From positions 51,646,001-51,710,000 of the forward strand of contig OX638153.1 in the NCBI GenBank assembly GCA_951804945.1: a DNA stretch of 64,000 nt, given 5' to 3'. The position numbers were made by a program, and so were the translations under genes. Below, one piece after another: positions 1 to 13,290 of this stretch. Each line of letters begins with the position of its first letter. Within the stretch, counting starts at the first letter, position 1. Origin of the DNA: Podarcis cretensis. Taxonomy: Eukaryota. The notes beneath the pieces were generated by a model that made no database searches, was not told the DNA's origin, and was given only the letters and a program-made list of their open reading frames with translations.

Positions 1-3000
1 TGAGTGTCAGAAATTTATGGCCCAAACAGATGGGATGTTAAATTGGTGAATGTGTCACCTCCCTGTGCACTTTTAACAATAGCAGTGTTGGAGAAGGAAA
101 TGATTCCCTCAGACTTCTACAAAAAGTTCCCTGGAATAATGCCACTGAAATCAGTGCAACTTCTCAGTTAACATGCATAAGGCTCTTAATCAATATTATG
201 GTGATAAATTCCTCTGGAAAAGGAAGCTTAATCCTAGGCTTCACTTTTTCCAAAGAATCTGTGATCCTGTAATGGGGTCACTGGTGAGCTGCTACATTGC
301 AGGATATGATCTCTGAGGTGGAAAAGTGGAGATGGAAGTGTAGAACGGAACGGACAGTCTTCAAAATCAGAAGTGTGAAATTGAACCTGAAGAGAGATAA
401 CGGGCAGTAGAAAAGAAGGAATTCCAGTATTTATAGTGTTGGAACTAGAAGGTTGGGATAACAAGCCCACGTTATTTTGTTCAGATCCCTGATATTCAGG
501 AAATGTGAAACAGTCTCCATAATAAAGCACTCAAGATTGTGGACATTCAGGAAAGTGAAATCAATGTTTTGAAACTTCACACTCTGAAATTCTAGGTATG
601 ACGCGTGGGTATGTCTTCTCTTCTTTTTCAAGAAACAACTATGACATCAATGGACCACATTGTCCAGAGCTTGTGGAATCTAAAGGGCGTGGGCCAGCTT
701 CATCAACATTCAGGACTGACATCAATAAATATAGACAAGAATGGTGTGCCATAAGTCAAGCAAACATGACACTTGCACCTTTCCAATCTGTTTGAAAAGA
801 TTCTCCAAGCCAGTAACAGACTCAGCTGGGAGTAGTCAATGTGGTGCCCTCCAGATTATGTTGGACTCTTAGCACATCTCAGATCTAGTCAGGAAGGCCA
901 ATGGTCAGGGATGATAGAACTATGACAACATTCTAGATGGTGACAGTGGCAACCCTGTAAGCAACAGAACTCAATAGCCAAGGAATACTGCCCCCTCAGC
1001 CTCACATGCCATAATGTTTTGGGTACTATGGTAGTAAATAGTTTCTCAAATACGTTATAATAACAACAGGAATAATTATAATAATTGATAATAAAAGGCA
1101 CATCTTTATAGGAATTTACATGAAGCCCCTGCATGGATTATAAAATGAGATAAACACATGTAGGATTTATATATAGATATATAGATATATTTCCAGCATA
1201 TATAGCATGTTCCAGATATTAAAATCAACAAACACATTTCATGTTTATTCCTGCATAGAAGTACTATCAATGGGGGGATTTTATAACATGTGAAGTGGCC
1301 AGGTGGATTTGCTCATCTTCTTGTAACACCTGTTCCAGAACTTCAGCTATGTGGCCCACCCAATTTGGACTGAGAGGCCATTGACCTCAAACTCTGCCCA
1401 TGTTTCAACTGGATCTGTCAATTATTTACTCTCTGTGGTTATACTTTCATGTTTCCTTTAGAGCTGCGGTGTCTGAGTCCTTACCCTGACTAAGCTCCCA
1501 TGAACCTTCTGAGAAGCACTTTTAATTTGGGCACCTATTTCTCTGCCCTGCTGCTTTCAGTGGGAATTGGAGGCATTCGTAGCTGTTACCATGGTGGTTG
1601 CTACCGGTGCTCTGCTGGATTCCTTGGTTACCAGGCACCCTGGAAACATCCTAACTTGTGCATCCTATGCAGCATCACCCACCTTCCACTTTTGGAGGAA
1701 GTGGGTCGTCATGGTGTCACATTGTATGTATTAGTTTTTAATCACGATGGTTACCTGTTTTGTTCACCTTATTCTCCCACCCACCCCTGCCCCATATGCC
1801 ACTAAAGGCAGAGTGCTTCTGAGATTGGGCAGAGTCCAGTCTGCAGCAAAACCTGCTGTGAGGCGGCCAGGCCCCCTTTTCCACACCCCAATGTACTATG
1901 CTGAAAGGAAACTTATTTTTAATTTAATTTAATTTTATCCTTTGTGTTTTGCACTGCCCACTTTTTCCATGCCCGGGTAAAGAAGCAAAGCTGGTATCTG
2001 TAAGGACTAGGGCCTTTTTAGTGGTGATGCCCTTTTTTGCAGAATGCTGTTGGCCTTTTGCTGAGACCCTCATTCATTGATGGATCCCTTCTGGCCTTTA
2101 GGAAGCCTATAAAGACTGTTTTCATTCTTCAGCCTCAGATTCAGGTTTTAATTGTTCTGTTATGCTGGCTGGTTTCAAATTATGCATGCTGGGGAGGACC
2201 TAATATTGGATGGAAGGGCAGGAAAGAAATGTTGATGCTGTGCTGGACTGATTCACAAGCAGCTCCCTCTCCAATGCCCTGTACACTCCAAAACATCAAA
2301 GGCATTGTCAATACCTCATAGTCACAGTGCAGATTTATGGAGGAGGAAGGATCAAATTTAAATAATCCCCCTGGGAATCTTCCAGTTTTGTGGATGACTT
2401 CACAGACTGTGAACTCACGGAGTCTAAAATCGAGTGCACAGGTTGGCTGAGGAGCTGTGAGAAATTAGATCTCTTGTGTAACCAACATGTTACCTTTGGA
2501 AACCACTTAATGCTCATTTAACTAAACATTTTCTTTGGAGGTTTTTAAACAGACGGTTGCAAATTGGTGTGGTTTGACAGCTACTTAAATGACACCAGGC
2601 CATTTCCTCATACAGACCATAGCGGGGCGGGGGGGGGGAGGGGGGAAGAGGGAATCTTAATGCTATAAACAACATTGTGTAAGACAGGCACTGCCTGGAG
2701 ACAGAATCCAACTTTCCTGGGAGTTGCTTTTGTATCCAGGCACTCCATTTTTTAAACCCAGTGGCAAAAGCCAGTGTTTGTAGGTAGGAGCTGCACACAA
2801 ATGTCACTAAGCTCTGCATGCTTAATAGCTCTGAATGGGAACATTTTGCCAGATGTTCATTATTTACAGGAAGACGTAATCATCCTTTGCTGAGTTATTC
2901 ATTCTGGGTCAAATTAGCTGCCGGTGTCACAGTACAGAAATTGCTTGAGAGCGATGGGGCCACGTGTCCTTTACGCCGATGCAGGATTTGACCCTCCATG

Positions 3001-5918
3001 TTTGTTTCCTCGCAGCTTGGTAAACATCGCAAAGGTAGGAGCTAATGAAGCTGAATGACTTGGAACAGCCACCGGGAAGCGTAACTGCAGCATATAAAAT
3101 TTGCACCGTCTTGGAATGATACTTGAGAGGAGACGCCGATGAACGTTCCAAATGCTTTTGTCTAGTGGAATGACAGCATTGTGTATATCTAGGCTCCAAA
3201 ACTCTGGCATCCTGGTTTTTGTGTCATGAAGGTCATTATAAAGCTATGAAGCAAACACAAGTCTTAATCTCTTTGTTTGGAGAAAGCTGAAAGTCAAGGA
3301 AGGAAAAAACCAGACATTGTTCTTGAGTTTGTGCACTGCAGATTTTTGAACAACCCCCACCACCTCAAGTTAGATATAAACTCATAATGCTGGTCAGGGT
3401 GTCCATTACCAATTATGGGGAAAAGAGTTTTCTTCCTGATGCTGCTCCCACTGCAGCCCCTTTTCTGATGTTGCTTTTCAGAAGCACACAACTGAGTGTG
3501 TTTTATCAATTGTGATGTGTTAAATGAATGAATGGTTTTGCTTTCGCAGGAAGAGATACTCGAGATGTAACATTTTTTGGATTTTTGTGGGGGGCTTTAT
3601 GTCACATGTACCTGAACAGGTTTAAGGTCTGTAAGAGCTGTGTCAGCAAAGACATACTGCCTAAAAAAACGAAAATCATTTATTTCACAGATTAAACTAC
3701 GGTAATTGGGGATTAGGCCTCAGGTAGGAACTTCTGTACAGACCAGCAAACAATGGAAGGAGATGATCTTGCCCTAAATACCTAACAGACTAGGTGATAC
3801 AACTGATAGCTGAATTGAGATAATGGGGGTAATAGATGGAGTTGAGAGGATGAGGCTGTAAGAAAAGAAAGAGATTACCATGGTGTTTGCTGCAAAAACT
3901 GCAGAAGTCTCAGCTTTTGCTCATTAACCAACATCAGATCAGAACATTTTAAAGGCATCATTACAGATAATTAAGAAGAAGATTTGTAGGAGTTAAGAAG
4001 GTGAGATGGTGTCCTTGTTTCAAGTAAATGAAGAAAAATGTTTGATTCTCTTTTCAAAATATGAGGTTATTTAAAAAAACCCAAAAACCCAAATCCCCCT
4101 TAACTAGGATTTGAAATCAGAGTAAGAAGCTGGTGAACAGAAAACCTTGGTTAAGAGGGAACCTGGACAGCCATGTGGGAAGGAAAAGGAGCATGGTAAA
4201 ATTTGTTCGTAAAAGAGATGGGGCTATGGGTAGATTGTAGAGTGCCTTGTGTCACCCTTCACGTAGGATGAGTTCCTTTGTGTTTTTCTCTTATAAACTT
4301 GCCTGACAAAGGAATAATAGTATGTAAGGAGGAAAAATCACATGAACAACTGGGAAAGCACCGGTGAATAGAGTTGGGGCAAAAGTTTTAAAACAGAGCC
4401 AAGCTAAATGTTCTAAATTTCAAGGCATTACATTTCAGAGTCCCTTTTCAAAAGTTGCACAGGTTGTGTAAGTGAGAGTCCTTGCAAATCTTGCTGTATT
4501 TCCCTTCATGGTAAAGCTGGAGGGGGGGGGGATCTTTAAAAATAGATGTTTGACTTCCTGCTTTCTTTGAGTTTCTTTACAGTTTCTGGACCCATGCCCC
4601 CAAACACCTTTATCTTCTTTGACAAGTAAGGGGATTAAAGATGTTTGGCACATGCTGGAGCATTTTCTAATCTCTTTGTCAACTGACCTGTGATTTATAA
4701 AAGAAGATGTTAGTATCAGTGCAGAATAGAACAACCAAAATATTAGCCCATCACCAGGCTGTTGGTGATCAGGGACAATGATACAGTATTTTAAATATGC
4801 AGTCCTTGAAAATTACAGTTTGTTCCCAGCACTAATCAAGCTCTTCCGTTCTCCCCATTAATCTTTATACTTTTAAAAAACTAAAAATAAAGGGAGGCTC
4901 TTTAATCTCTTACACACTATTCTTAAATGGAAATAAAAGTAAGGCAGGGTAACATCAAGGTGAAAGTGAGGGCGAGGCTGCAACATCAAGTCATGACTTG
5001 CAGGCATGAAAGAAACATCACAGGCATCATGTTCACCACATTGCCTGTTTTTTTTTTAATGTTCTACAGTTTCGTGAGAGATCATGACTTGCCCCAAACC
5101 ACCAGGTAAATACTATATATGAGATCAGAATGATTGAAGCCAACATTTTCCCATATCCATATCAGCTATTCTATTCACTGCATCACACTGTCACCCCAAT
5201 GCTATGTCCATTGCTATATTTCCGTTACCGGTATATATCATTGCATGTTTGTGGGTAACATATCTTTAATCCAATAACTTTTTAAAACTTCTCTGAAATG
5301 TTTTCTGTTTTCTGATACTTAATGTTTAGACACAGGTTTAAAATACCACCCATACTGAATTTAGAAATTTATTCCTCCCCCTCTACACAGACAGGGGGAG
5401 AGAGATATTTTTATGGATTGATCCTCAATATTGCAATTTTTGGATTTCTCCCCCTGAGTTGGCAGCTTGATAATAGCTGAGGAGACAATGGTGGTGTATC
5501 TGGCTGAATATTTTTAGAGATAGCATATCATCTGATTTTCTATCAAAAAGCTTATTATTAGTAAGAAAGATGGCAAGAGTCTGTAAAAACTGATCCAGAA
5601 AACTAGATCAAGTTCTTTTTAGATATGACATAGGAGATCAGTTGTGTAGCCAAACAGTTGCTTTTGAAACCTGTCGCACTACAGTTTAGAACGGCCAGGA
5701 TTTATTTATTTTTGAAAAACATATTATTGCCATTAACTTTCAATCAGGAAGTCACATGAGAAAACCTCACTGCTGATTCCTGCAGACTTAAAATAATCTA
5801 GCCTGGGTTTAATTCTGTAGGAACTGAATTGAACAAACTGCATGGTACTCTTTCAAAATCCCCTTGTTACACAAGTTGTTACGCCAGGGAACCTAGAAGA
5901 TAAGGGACAGAGGAGGCT

Positions 5919-6069
5919 GTTGTTGTTTAGTCGTTTAGTCGTGTCTGACTCTTCGTGACCCCATGGACCAGAGCACGCTAGGCACTCCTGTCTTCCACTG
6001 CCTCCCGCAGTTTGGTCAGACTCATGTTTGTAGCTTCAAGAACACTGTCCAACCATCTCGTCCTCTGTC
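5919..6069 (-). mobile_element. Bov-B (RTE clade) LINE, severely 5'-truncated 3' end with TSD
   Basis: Reverse complement matches the 3' end of the 22.9-23.5 kb copy with about 5 mismatches; (GACTAAAC)2(AAC)n tail; 9-bp TSD GAGGAGGCT at 5910-5918 and 6070-6078. Confidence 0.92.
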
Positions 6070-6433
6070 GAGGAGGCTAGACTTTCCTAAAATAAGCCAG
6101 CTATGCTAAGCCCACCCTGCTTCAGGTGTCAGGCATAAAATACTGATGTTGTAGCCAAGGTTAATTGATTAACAAGAGAAAGAGATACACCCTGCTTTAT
6201 GCAGTAGATAATTGTACTGGTATGTTTGCTGCTACTTGAGTAGAACTTGATGTGGAAGGAACAGCAGAGCTGAGTAAGCTGATACCCAATAGCCCAGTTT
6301 GCATGTAACTCTAAGCTAAACCCTGGGTTAATGCAAACAAACGAATGTGCAGGTTGCAGAAAGAATTGCAGCTGCAGTATGCCTCCCTCGGCCCTCTTGC
6401 TGCTGCCCTATGGGGGGCAGAGCAATGGCCTGC

Positions 6434-6545
6434 CTTGGCATTACGTTCAAACCCAGGTTCATTGTTTGTGTCACTCAACCAAGCAATGTTCTTGGTTTGT
6501 CTGGGACAGACAAACCACAAGACTGGGTTCAGACGTAATGCCAAG
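6434..6545. repeat. Inverted repeat, core of a palindromic MITE-like element
   Basis: CTTGGCATTACGT..AACCCAG pairs with CTGGGTT..ACGTAATGCCAAG; a related fragment lies at ~53789-53845. Confidence 0.6.
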
Positions 6546-6852
6546 CCAAACCATAATTTAGCCCTGAGTGGGTCAGCAGCAGAAGGATCAAGGAAAGAGT
6601 GCTGCAACTGCAATCTCTGGGAACCTGCATGTTTGCTTGTTTAGTTGTTCTTTTTCAAACATTTGCATCTTTTTTAAAAGATTAAAAAGAAAGAGGAAAG
6701 AAAGGCTGCAGGCATGTGGTTTTTGGTTTATTTACAAATGCAGAAGTTGAGCTGACTTTAGTAGAGTGCAGAAATAAACATGCATGCAAGCAGTGCTAAA
6801 TCCTTCTGCCACATCAGTCCTTTCTTTCAAAATCCAAACAGCTTGCCATTCA

Positions 6853-6896
6853 ACTTATAGCCCAACCTTATGGACTTATAGCCCAACCTTATGGAC
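6853..6896. repeat. Perfect 21-bp tandem duplication
   Basis: ACTTATAGCCCAACCTTATGG x2 plus AC microhomology. Confidence 0.9.
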
Positions 6897-8211
6897 GTTT
6901 GCTCAGAGTTCTGCATGACTCATTTCCAATAAGTGGGCAACTCCAGTGTTGACCCCTACAACAGAAGGATGTGATTCGCATTCAAGAGACTTACGAGAAC
7001 TAACTGCCTTTTGTTGTGCATAGTTGCACATCATAATCACCAACAATAAATTTCCCAGCTCAGGAGAAAGCCATTTCCCCCACTGCTTTGTCCAACCCAA
7101 TAGCATTATTCACAACAGGTAGTGTGTGCATATTAAAAGCAGAGTGAAGCACAGCACAATTTTGGGAGTTCGCCTTCAAACTGAACTGACGGAATCACAT
7201 GATGGAGCTCAGGCTTGGGATGAAACGTGGTCCTCCAGTTCTCTCTACCTGTCCCTCAGGTACTCTCCCAAGGCTATACTCACATCTCTACATGCCCCAT
7301 TGTCCCTGATGAGCCTGGCCAGGATGTGTCATTGAACTCAGATAATGCCTCTTGCTTGGCTGGTGATAAGATAGAGAGGGCTGTGGGAGTGTGTGTAGAA
7401 AGTGTCCTCGTGTGCAAAGGTACCATTTACATTTTGCCACCCAATCTTTGTCTCTGGCCCTGTCCATGACATGACTCTGGAGAGGCTGCAAAGAACAGAA
7501 TGTAGACCTCGAGAGCTGAGAAATGTCCCCTACCTCTGCTATATAGGGTTGCCAAAACAATAGCAACAAATAAAAGCAAAATCCAGAGGTGAATCTTTGA
7601 TTGGAACAGGCCAGGGGGTGATGTGTGAAATGGTATTTGTGGTACCATCACACACAGACATACCTGGAGAGCATACCTTTCCATCCTCTTAGAATCTTTT
7701 CCCTTTCCTTCCCAGACTCAGCTACCCTTAGCACCAGTCTGGAAAATTGAACAATACTTTCATTCACGCTGTGCCGGATGCCAAATGTTTAAGAAAAATG
7801 TGGTGGCAAAGCTGGAGAGGCAGACAGGACTTCAATGCTCTTTTTCCTTTTCCTTTTTGCATCCCGTTTTCAACAGCTTCTCCTTTGTTTACAGAAGGCA
7901 TGCTGAAACAAGTTAGGCTTTGTTTCTGTTGGCTATCGTTGTAAAATAAACCTTTGCATTAAAACTGAAACAAAGGGAAAGAAATGCACTTTCCTAATAG
8001 GTGGATGACAATAAACTTATCCCGAGAGGAGAAAGGAAGGAAGGGAGCTGTTATATCTTTTCCGAGGCATGAAATTCCTTGCTGTTTGATTGAAGAGCTA
8101 ATTCAATATCAGCACATTCCCATCGTTTGCAGGCACCAAGGTGCAGATTGCTGTGAAATCCACTTGCGCTGTAGGAAACTCTGAAACCAACTGGGGCTCT
8201 CTGTGCCCTGG

Positions 8212-8243
8212 CTTAGCAAAATGGTTACTTAGCAAAATGGTTA
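8212..8243. repeat. Perfect 16-bp tandem duplication
   Basis: CTTAGCAAAATGGTTA x2. Confidence 0.9.
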
Positions 8244-10379
8244 ATCCGGCCCTGCAGTTTAATTTGAGTTAATTCCTTCTTCCATGAGTAGGCTTATTTT
8301 AAAAAATTAATAAATCCAGTTACACATTATTTCTATTTTAAAAGCAGAAGTGCTAGGAAGAAACACTGGTTCTTCTTGCATGGGTGTGGCACCACAGCCT
8401 TCAAATTCTCCCTCTTGCTAACTATGCCCTAGTGAATATCTTCAAAACAAAGGGTAGCAGTAGTTCCCGAAGAGATGAAGATCAGAGAGAACTGGCTTTT
8501 GTTTATGGAAAGCCTGCTTGCGGTGTTGGATATAAAAGCGCATTGTATCCAGCCAATTACTCCCAAGAATTGCTAAAAATCCTACCCAATTATCTTCTAG
8601 CTATTCATTTTTGTATTGCGTCCAAAAACAGAATGTGTGAACCCCACTCCCCCAGCTAGAACACAGTTGACAGGGCTGACCCAGGACATTTTGCTACCTG
8701 AGTCAAGGGATGAGATGTGTCAATCATTTTATGTACAAAAGCCAATTGGCCTGACTGTTAAATCTTACTTAACACTGATGTTCACCTCTGCAGCTAAGGG
8801 CATCTGGCTATTGCGGGGCTGGATGTAGGGTTGGTAGGTCAGCCTTCCACTGTCTTGGTGCTGCTTGCCCAGCAACTGCCTCTTGAGGCAGCCAATTCAC
8901 TGTGCCTAATGGTAGGACTGGCCATGATTGCGGAATCCAAAATTGCTGTAGCCATTTCAAATCATATTCCAGATTTGGATTGGGGAAAGTGGATTTCATG
9001 ATGGGATACTGGGTGGACATTTATGTGTGCAAAGAAGCATGGTCAGGCTGCACTTATACACATTTAACCTGTGGAGCAAGGCCCACTGAACTTAATGGCC
9101 TTACTTCTGTGTAGGATTGTGCTGTCAGTATCAAAGTATTAATCTGCCACCGGATTTTGAAAAAAATCATCTGAATACTGCCATAATCTTACCAGATGGT
9201 GTTAGGGATTTGATTCCAAAGCCATTTTACAAACTCTCACTCACTCACACCCCTTCATCATTATTTCCTTTTTATCGTGTGCATTTTGTCCCTGCTTGAG
9301 AAACAGTGGGTTTGTTCTTCTTATGCCGAGAGCCAGAGTATCAAAACAAAAAGTACTGCAGTGATTTTTATATTTAGAAATGTGCTAAGCATCAACAGTT
9401 ATTTTTCACAATTGAAATCCTCACATCCAAAACAATGCAAAACTGCCCTGTTCTTTGATTCTAATTAATGCCTTTGTTCTTGGCTTTTTATAAGTCTATT
9501 GAACAAGGATTAAAGACATTGCTGAAATATGTCTGTACGTCATTTACATTCAATTCACAAATACCATCTTCTCTCCTCCTTGATTACCTCCATGCAGAGT
9601 TGTTTATCGTTTGTGCCAGCAAGTGGGAGCAGGGCAAGGACAGAGGAAAACAACATACACATGACACAAGTGAAGATCATGTCCCAGATGCTGTGAGAAA
9701 AAAGTTTGACCGGGTCTATCTGCTAGGTTGTGCTGGAAAGGTGAACAGGAGGCCACCTTTCTGAAAGTGGATGGCACTCTCAGGGCTGTTGTCCCTGAGA
9801 CCTCTCACAATGTGAGGGATTATGAAGCCCATCCCTACTCCTTCTTTACTAAAGATTCTGCCTGCATCTGAGTGGGATAGTTATAGAAGAATCCACCACC
9901 CTGCAGGGGCAACAGAGTAACTATATATGCCCACAAAAATACTATAAGGAAGGCAACCTCGCCTCTGCAAATCCCAACCACCAGTTGTGATCTCAGGTAA
10001 CATCCTTTCCGGGCCCTGAGAAGTGGGGGCCATCTCTGCATTCATAGCAACCACACCATAACAAGGCAATCTGAGTAACACATTGTGGCAAAAAGGGCGG
10101 TCAGGGTTGAACCAAACGCTGGAAAACATTGGTCTGGTCCATGTTGCACAGGCCCCTAGATTTCTGTAGGATGCAGCAGAAGAAAGAGGATTTCCCACCA
10201 TTCAACCCAGTTCAAAACCCACCCCTGCTCCCCAGCTGTTTCTTGATGGGGGCAGGCGGGACTAGCCAGATACATCCTGTAACTTGTAGATATGATGAAC
10301 ATTATAGGTTTCCTTTCTTCTTCCCCCTCCCACATTTGCCAATGCATCTATTAAGGGAGAGCCCATGACCCTTGGACCT

Positions 10380-10890
10380 TTGGAATTCCAACTAAACAAC
10401 TAAAAATTAGATTTAAGATGTTTAATTTTAAGGACAAATTTATTAAGGAGGATCACCCAAACAAATACTGCTAACTGTTGCAGGAACAGAGTTCTCTTTC
10501 CCAAAGGTGGTCTTGCTAACCAGCCCAGTGCTGTTGGATGAACTGAACCCTACTCAAAATATTTCCCTGGAAATATTTCAATCAATATAGGACTCAGAAG
10601 CTCAAGATCTCACTCGAAAAGATCTCATTACTCATCTTATGACAGCAACAAGACTAACCATAGCTAAGGTTTGGAGATAGTTAAATACTAACTTGATGGA
10701 AACATGGTTTCAACAATTGTGGGATTTAATTCTTATGGGAAAACTGACAAGGAAAATATGAAAATTAAAAAACCCAGTAAGAGATCAGACAAATTTCATG
10801 CAGTTTTGACAAAAGAAGAGTTCCAGCATCTCAAAGTGACTTGTGGAAATAAACTTTTATTTGTTGGGCAACAGGACTTGACAAGCCTTT
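10380..10890 (+). mobile_element. Decayed L1/Tx1-like ORF2 C-terminal fragment
   Basis: From 10621: DLITHLMTATRLTIAKVWR*LNTNLMETWFQQLWDLILMGKLT, resembling the L1-clade ORF2 terminal motif (TAARxxIAxxWK...W...MxKLT). Boundaries approximate. Confidence 0.55.
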
Positions 10891-12899
10891 AACTCACCCC
10901 TTTTCAAGTACAGAGTGCTGTACTCATCTGTCGGCAGGGAGAGGGGGATTCCTGTGTTGTGTTTGTCTGAAAATCAATATAAAAATAAAAAGGAAATTGA
11001 GAAGTTAAAAAATGACAAATCTGGGTCTTAGACTGTCCAAGACAACTGAAACTAGAGGTTTTGTGCTTCCTGTGCTTTGAAAACCCCACATTTTGCAAAC
11101 AGGATGTGTGCTAAGCCAGCCCAGCTCTGATGTTGTTTTCTGGTTTGCCATGCCAAAGTACCAACAAAACTTGTTGACAGCTTCCAGGAAATCATGAAAA
11201 TAATCTCCTCCTCCCCTGCACCCAGGTTCTCATTTTCTATAAACAGGAAGCAGACAGTATTGCTTCTTCCATATGTAGGCACAAGAAACTAGTACCATTT
11301 TGAGATCTGCCTCTCCATTGCTTCACATTGCTTCATGGTAAGTGTGGCGGCTACAGCCTAGAAGCAGAGCAGCTGCATCCCAGTAGAATTTAGGAGCACA
11401 GAGCTCCCTCTGCTTCCCTCTCTTTGGGTGGTCTGTAGAATCATAGCTGCTCCTGCGCCATACTTCTTGGTACTCATAGTATTTAGCCTAGGCACTTGCT
11501 CTTTCTTCTGTTCTAAGTACAGTATCCTTGCTGGTATCCACTGACACTCTCCTTCCTGTGCTGCAAGATGATGTACCTGGATCTTTCACAGATCTTCTTA
11601 AACAATATTTTCTCTTAAGCCAGATGTATGCACGCAAATATGCACCTAAGGTCACACACATGCATATTCTTGACAACTTTGATGCTATGCTTTGAGAGTA
11701 TCTAATACTCCAAGAGGAAAACGACAAATAACATTAAGCACACTTCTTTAAAAGCATGGTTAATGCTACTACTTTTATTCTGAAGGAGAAGTAGCCCCAC
11801 GGGGACCTGATCCAGATCGGGAGCATGATGCATGGGTGCCAGTTTCCTGCTGAAAATCACCTCTTCTTCAAGGGTTTTTTGGAAGGAGACCAGCAACTAC
11901 ACGCCATACTCTGAATCTGGACCGCAGTCTAATTTTAAGTCTGCTTAATATCAACTGGTTTTGGCCCCTGACATAAGACTGAAAGCGGTTAAAAACAAAA
12001 ACACCCCCCCCCCCCGAAATGCATCTGATTGTGTGCAGCAAGTCAGATATTGCAAATAATGAAACTGCATCAATAATGCCTTCCTTTCCTCCTGGTATAA
12101 TGGAGGCCTGCAGTAAAGTCCTGCAATAAAGGAAACAATCTGCTTTTACCACACAAGAGAACCAACTGCAGTTCGCGGCTTGCAGAAAATCAATCTTGAT
12201 ACAGCCACTTATTAATTGCAAAAAAATGTTATAAAAAATAAATAAAAAGCAAATGCCAAGAGGACAAAAGTTAGCAACTTGCAGAAAATTAAGGTAATTG
12301 CTAATTGTCTTTTCTTCCAGAAAGTTGTTTAGGTTTTGGGGTACTTTATGAAAGAGTTTGAGATGCTACAAATGGTCAGTGGACCATACATCAAGCATTG
12401 TTTAAACTGGACATTGCATCTGGATACTGTATGAACATAAAAGCAGAACTATTGTTTACAGAAACCTGCAGACTCCTGCTAAGAATCTTCTTGGAGGAAC
12501 TGAGTTTCAAATGCACACAGTGGAAAACGGTTCATTTTATACTAGGCTGTAAGATCCCAACCCTGTTGTAGGTACATTAGATGCTTGGTTTCAAAAACAA
12601 TCAAAGATATGCATATTGAACTTTAATAGTGATTAGACCAAAGGATGGTAACGTATTTATGACAAAAAGGAGAAAATGCAATACCAAGAGGACAAAAGAG
12701 GCTGCAAACTGAGATGCAAATTTAGAAATTGCTTTAATTCAAATAGAAATATATCTCACCGGTGTGGAACTATGTGACCAGACTATGTGCCTGCTCAGTC
12801 TGTTGTCTGAGTGCCAGCTGTGAAAGGTACTCCTAGCCACAGATCACCGGAGCTTCTAGTGCCAGTGATGGATCCAGTAGCACTCCCAGGCTATGAACC

Positions 12900-13290
12900 C
12901 ACTCCTTCAAGGAAGGATAACCCCTCAAAGCAGGCAACTGATCACTCAGGAACTGCCCATCTACAACACTTCCATCTTGACAGGATTCAGGGTCAGTTTA
13001 CTGGCTGTCGTCCAACCCACCACCAAGTCAAGGCAGTGGCCTTGCTTAATTCATATATTACAGAGAGACAGAGTGTACTGATGACACCTCACCCCACGTT
13101 TCCGAATAATTGCTCCCAGCAGCTTCATACAGAAGTTAAATAGCACTGGGGACTAGATAGTCCCTGCAGCACACAACAGCCGAATCTCTAGATGGCCAAC
13201 AGATCATCATCCAATGCTATTATCTGAAACCAATCCTCAAATTGGGATCAAAATCACCCTAAAACAGGGCCTCCAATGCCCATCTCACCA
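12900..13290 (-). mobile_element. Decayed L2/CR1-group LINE reverse-transcriptase fragment
   Basis: The minus strand at ~13180-13075 translates (with a frameshift) to CCVLQG/SPVLFNFCMKLLGAIIRKRGVRCHQY, resembling the RT motif GVPQGSxLSPxLFNIYM...HQYADD. Boundaries approximate. Confidence 0.65.

Noticed and set aside
234-815. Cluster of overlapping ORFs as an exon or LINE ORF1 relic
   Set aside because: No motif I could confidently recognise; a translated search would be needed.
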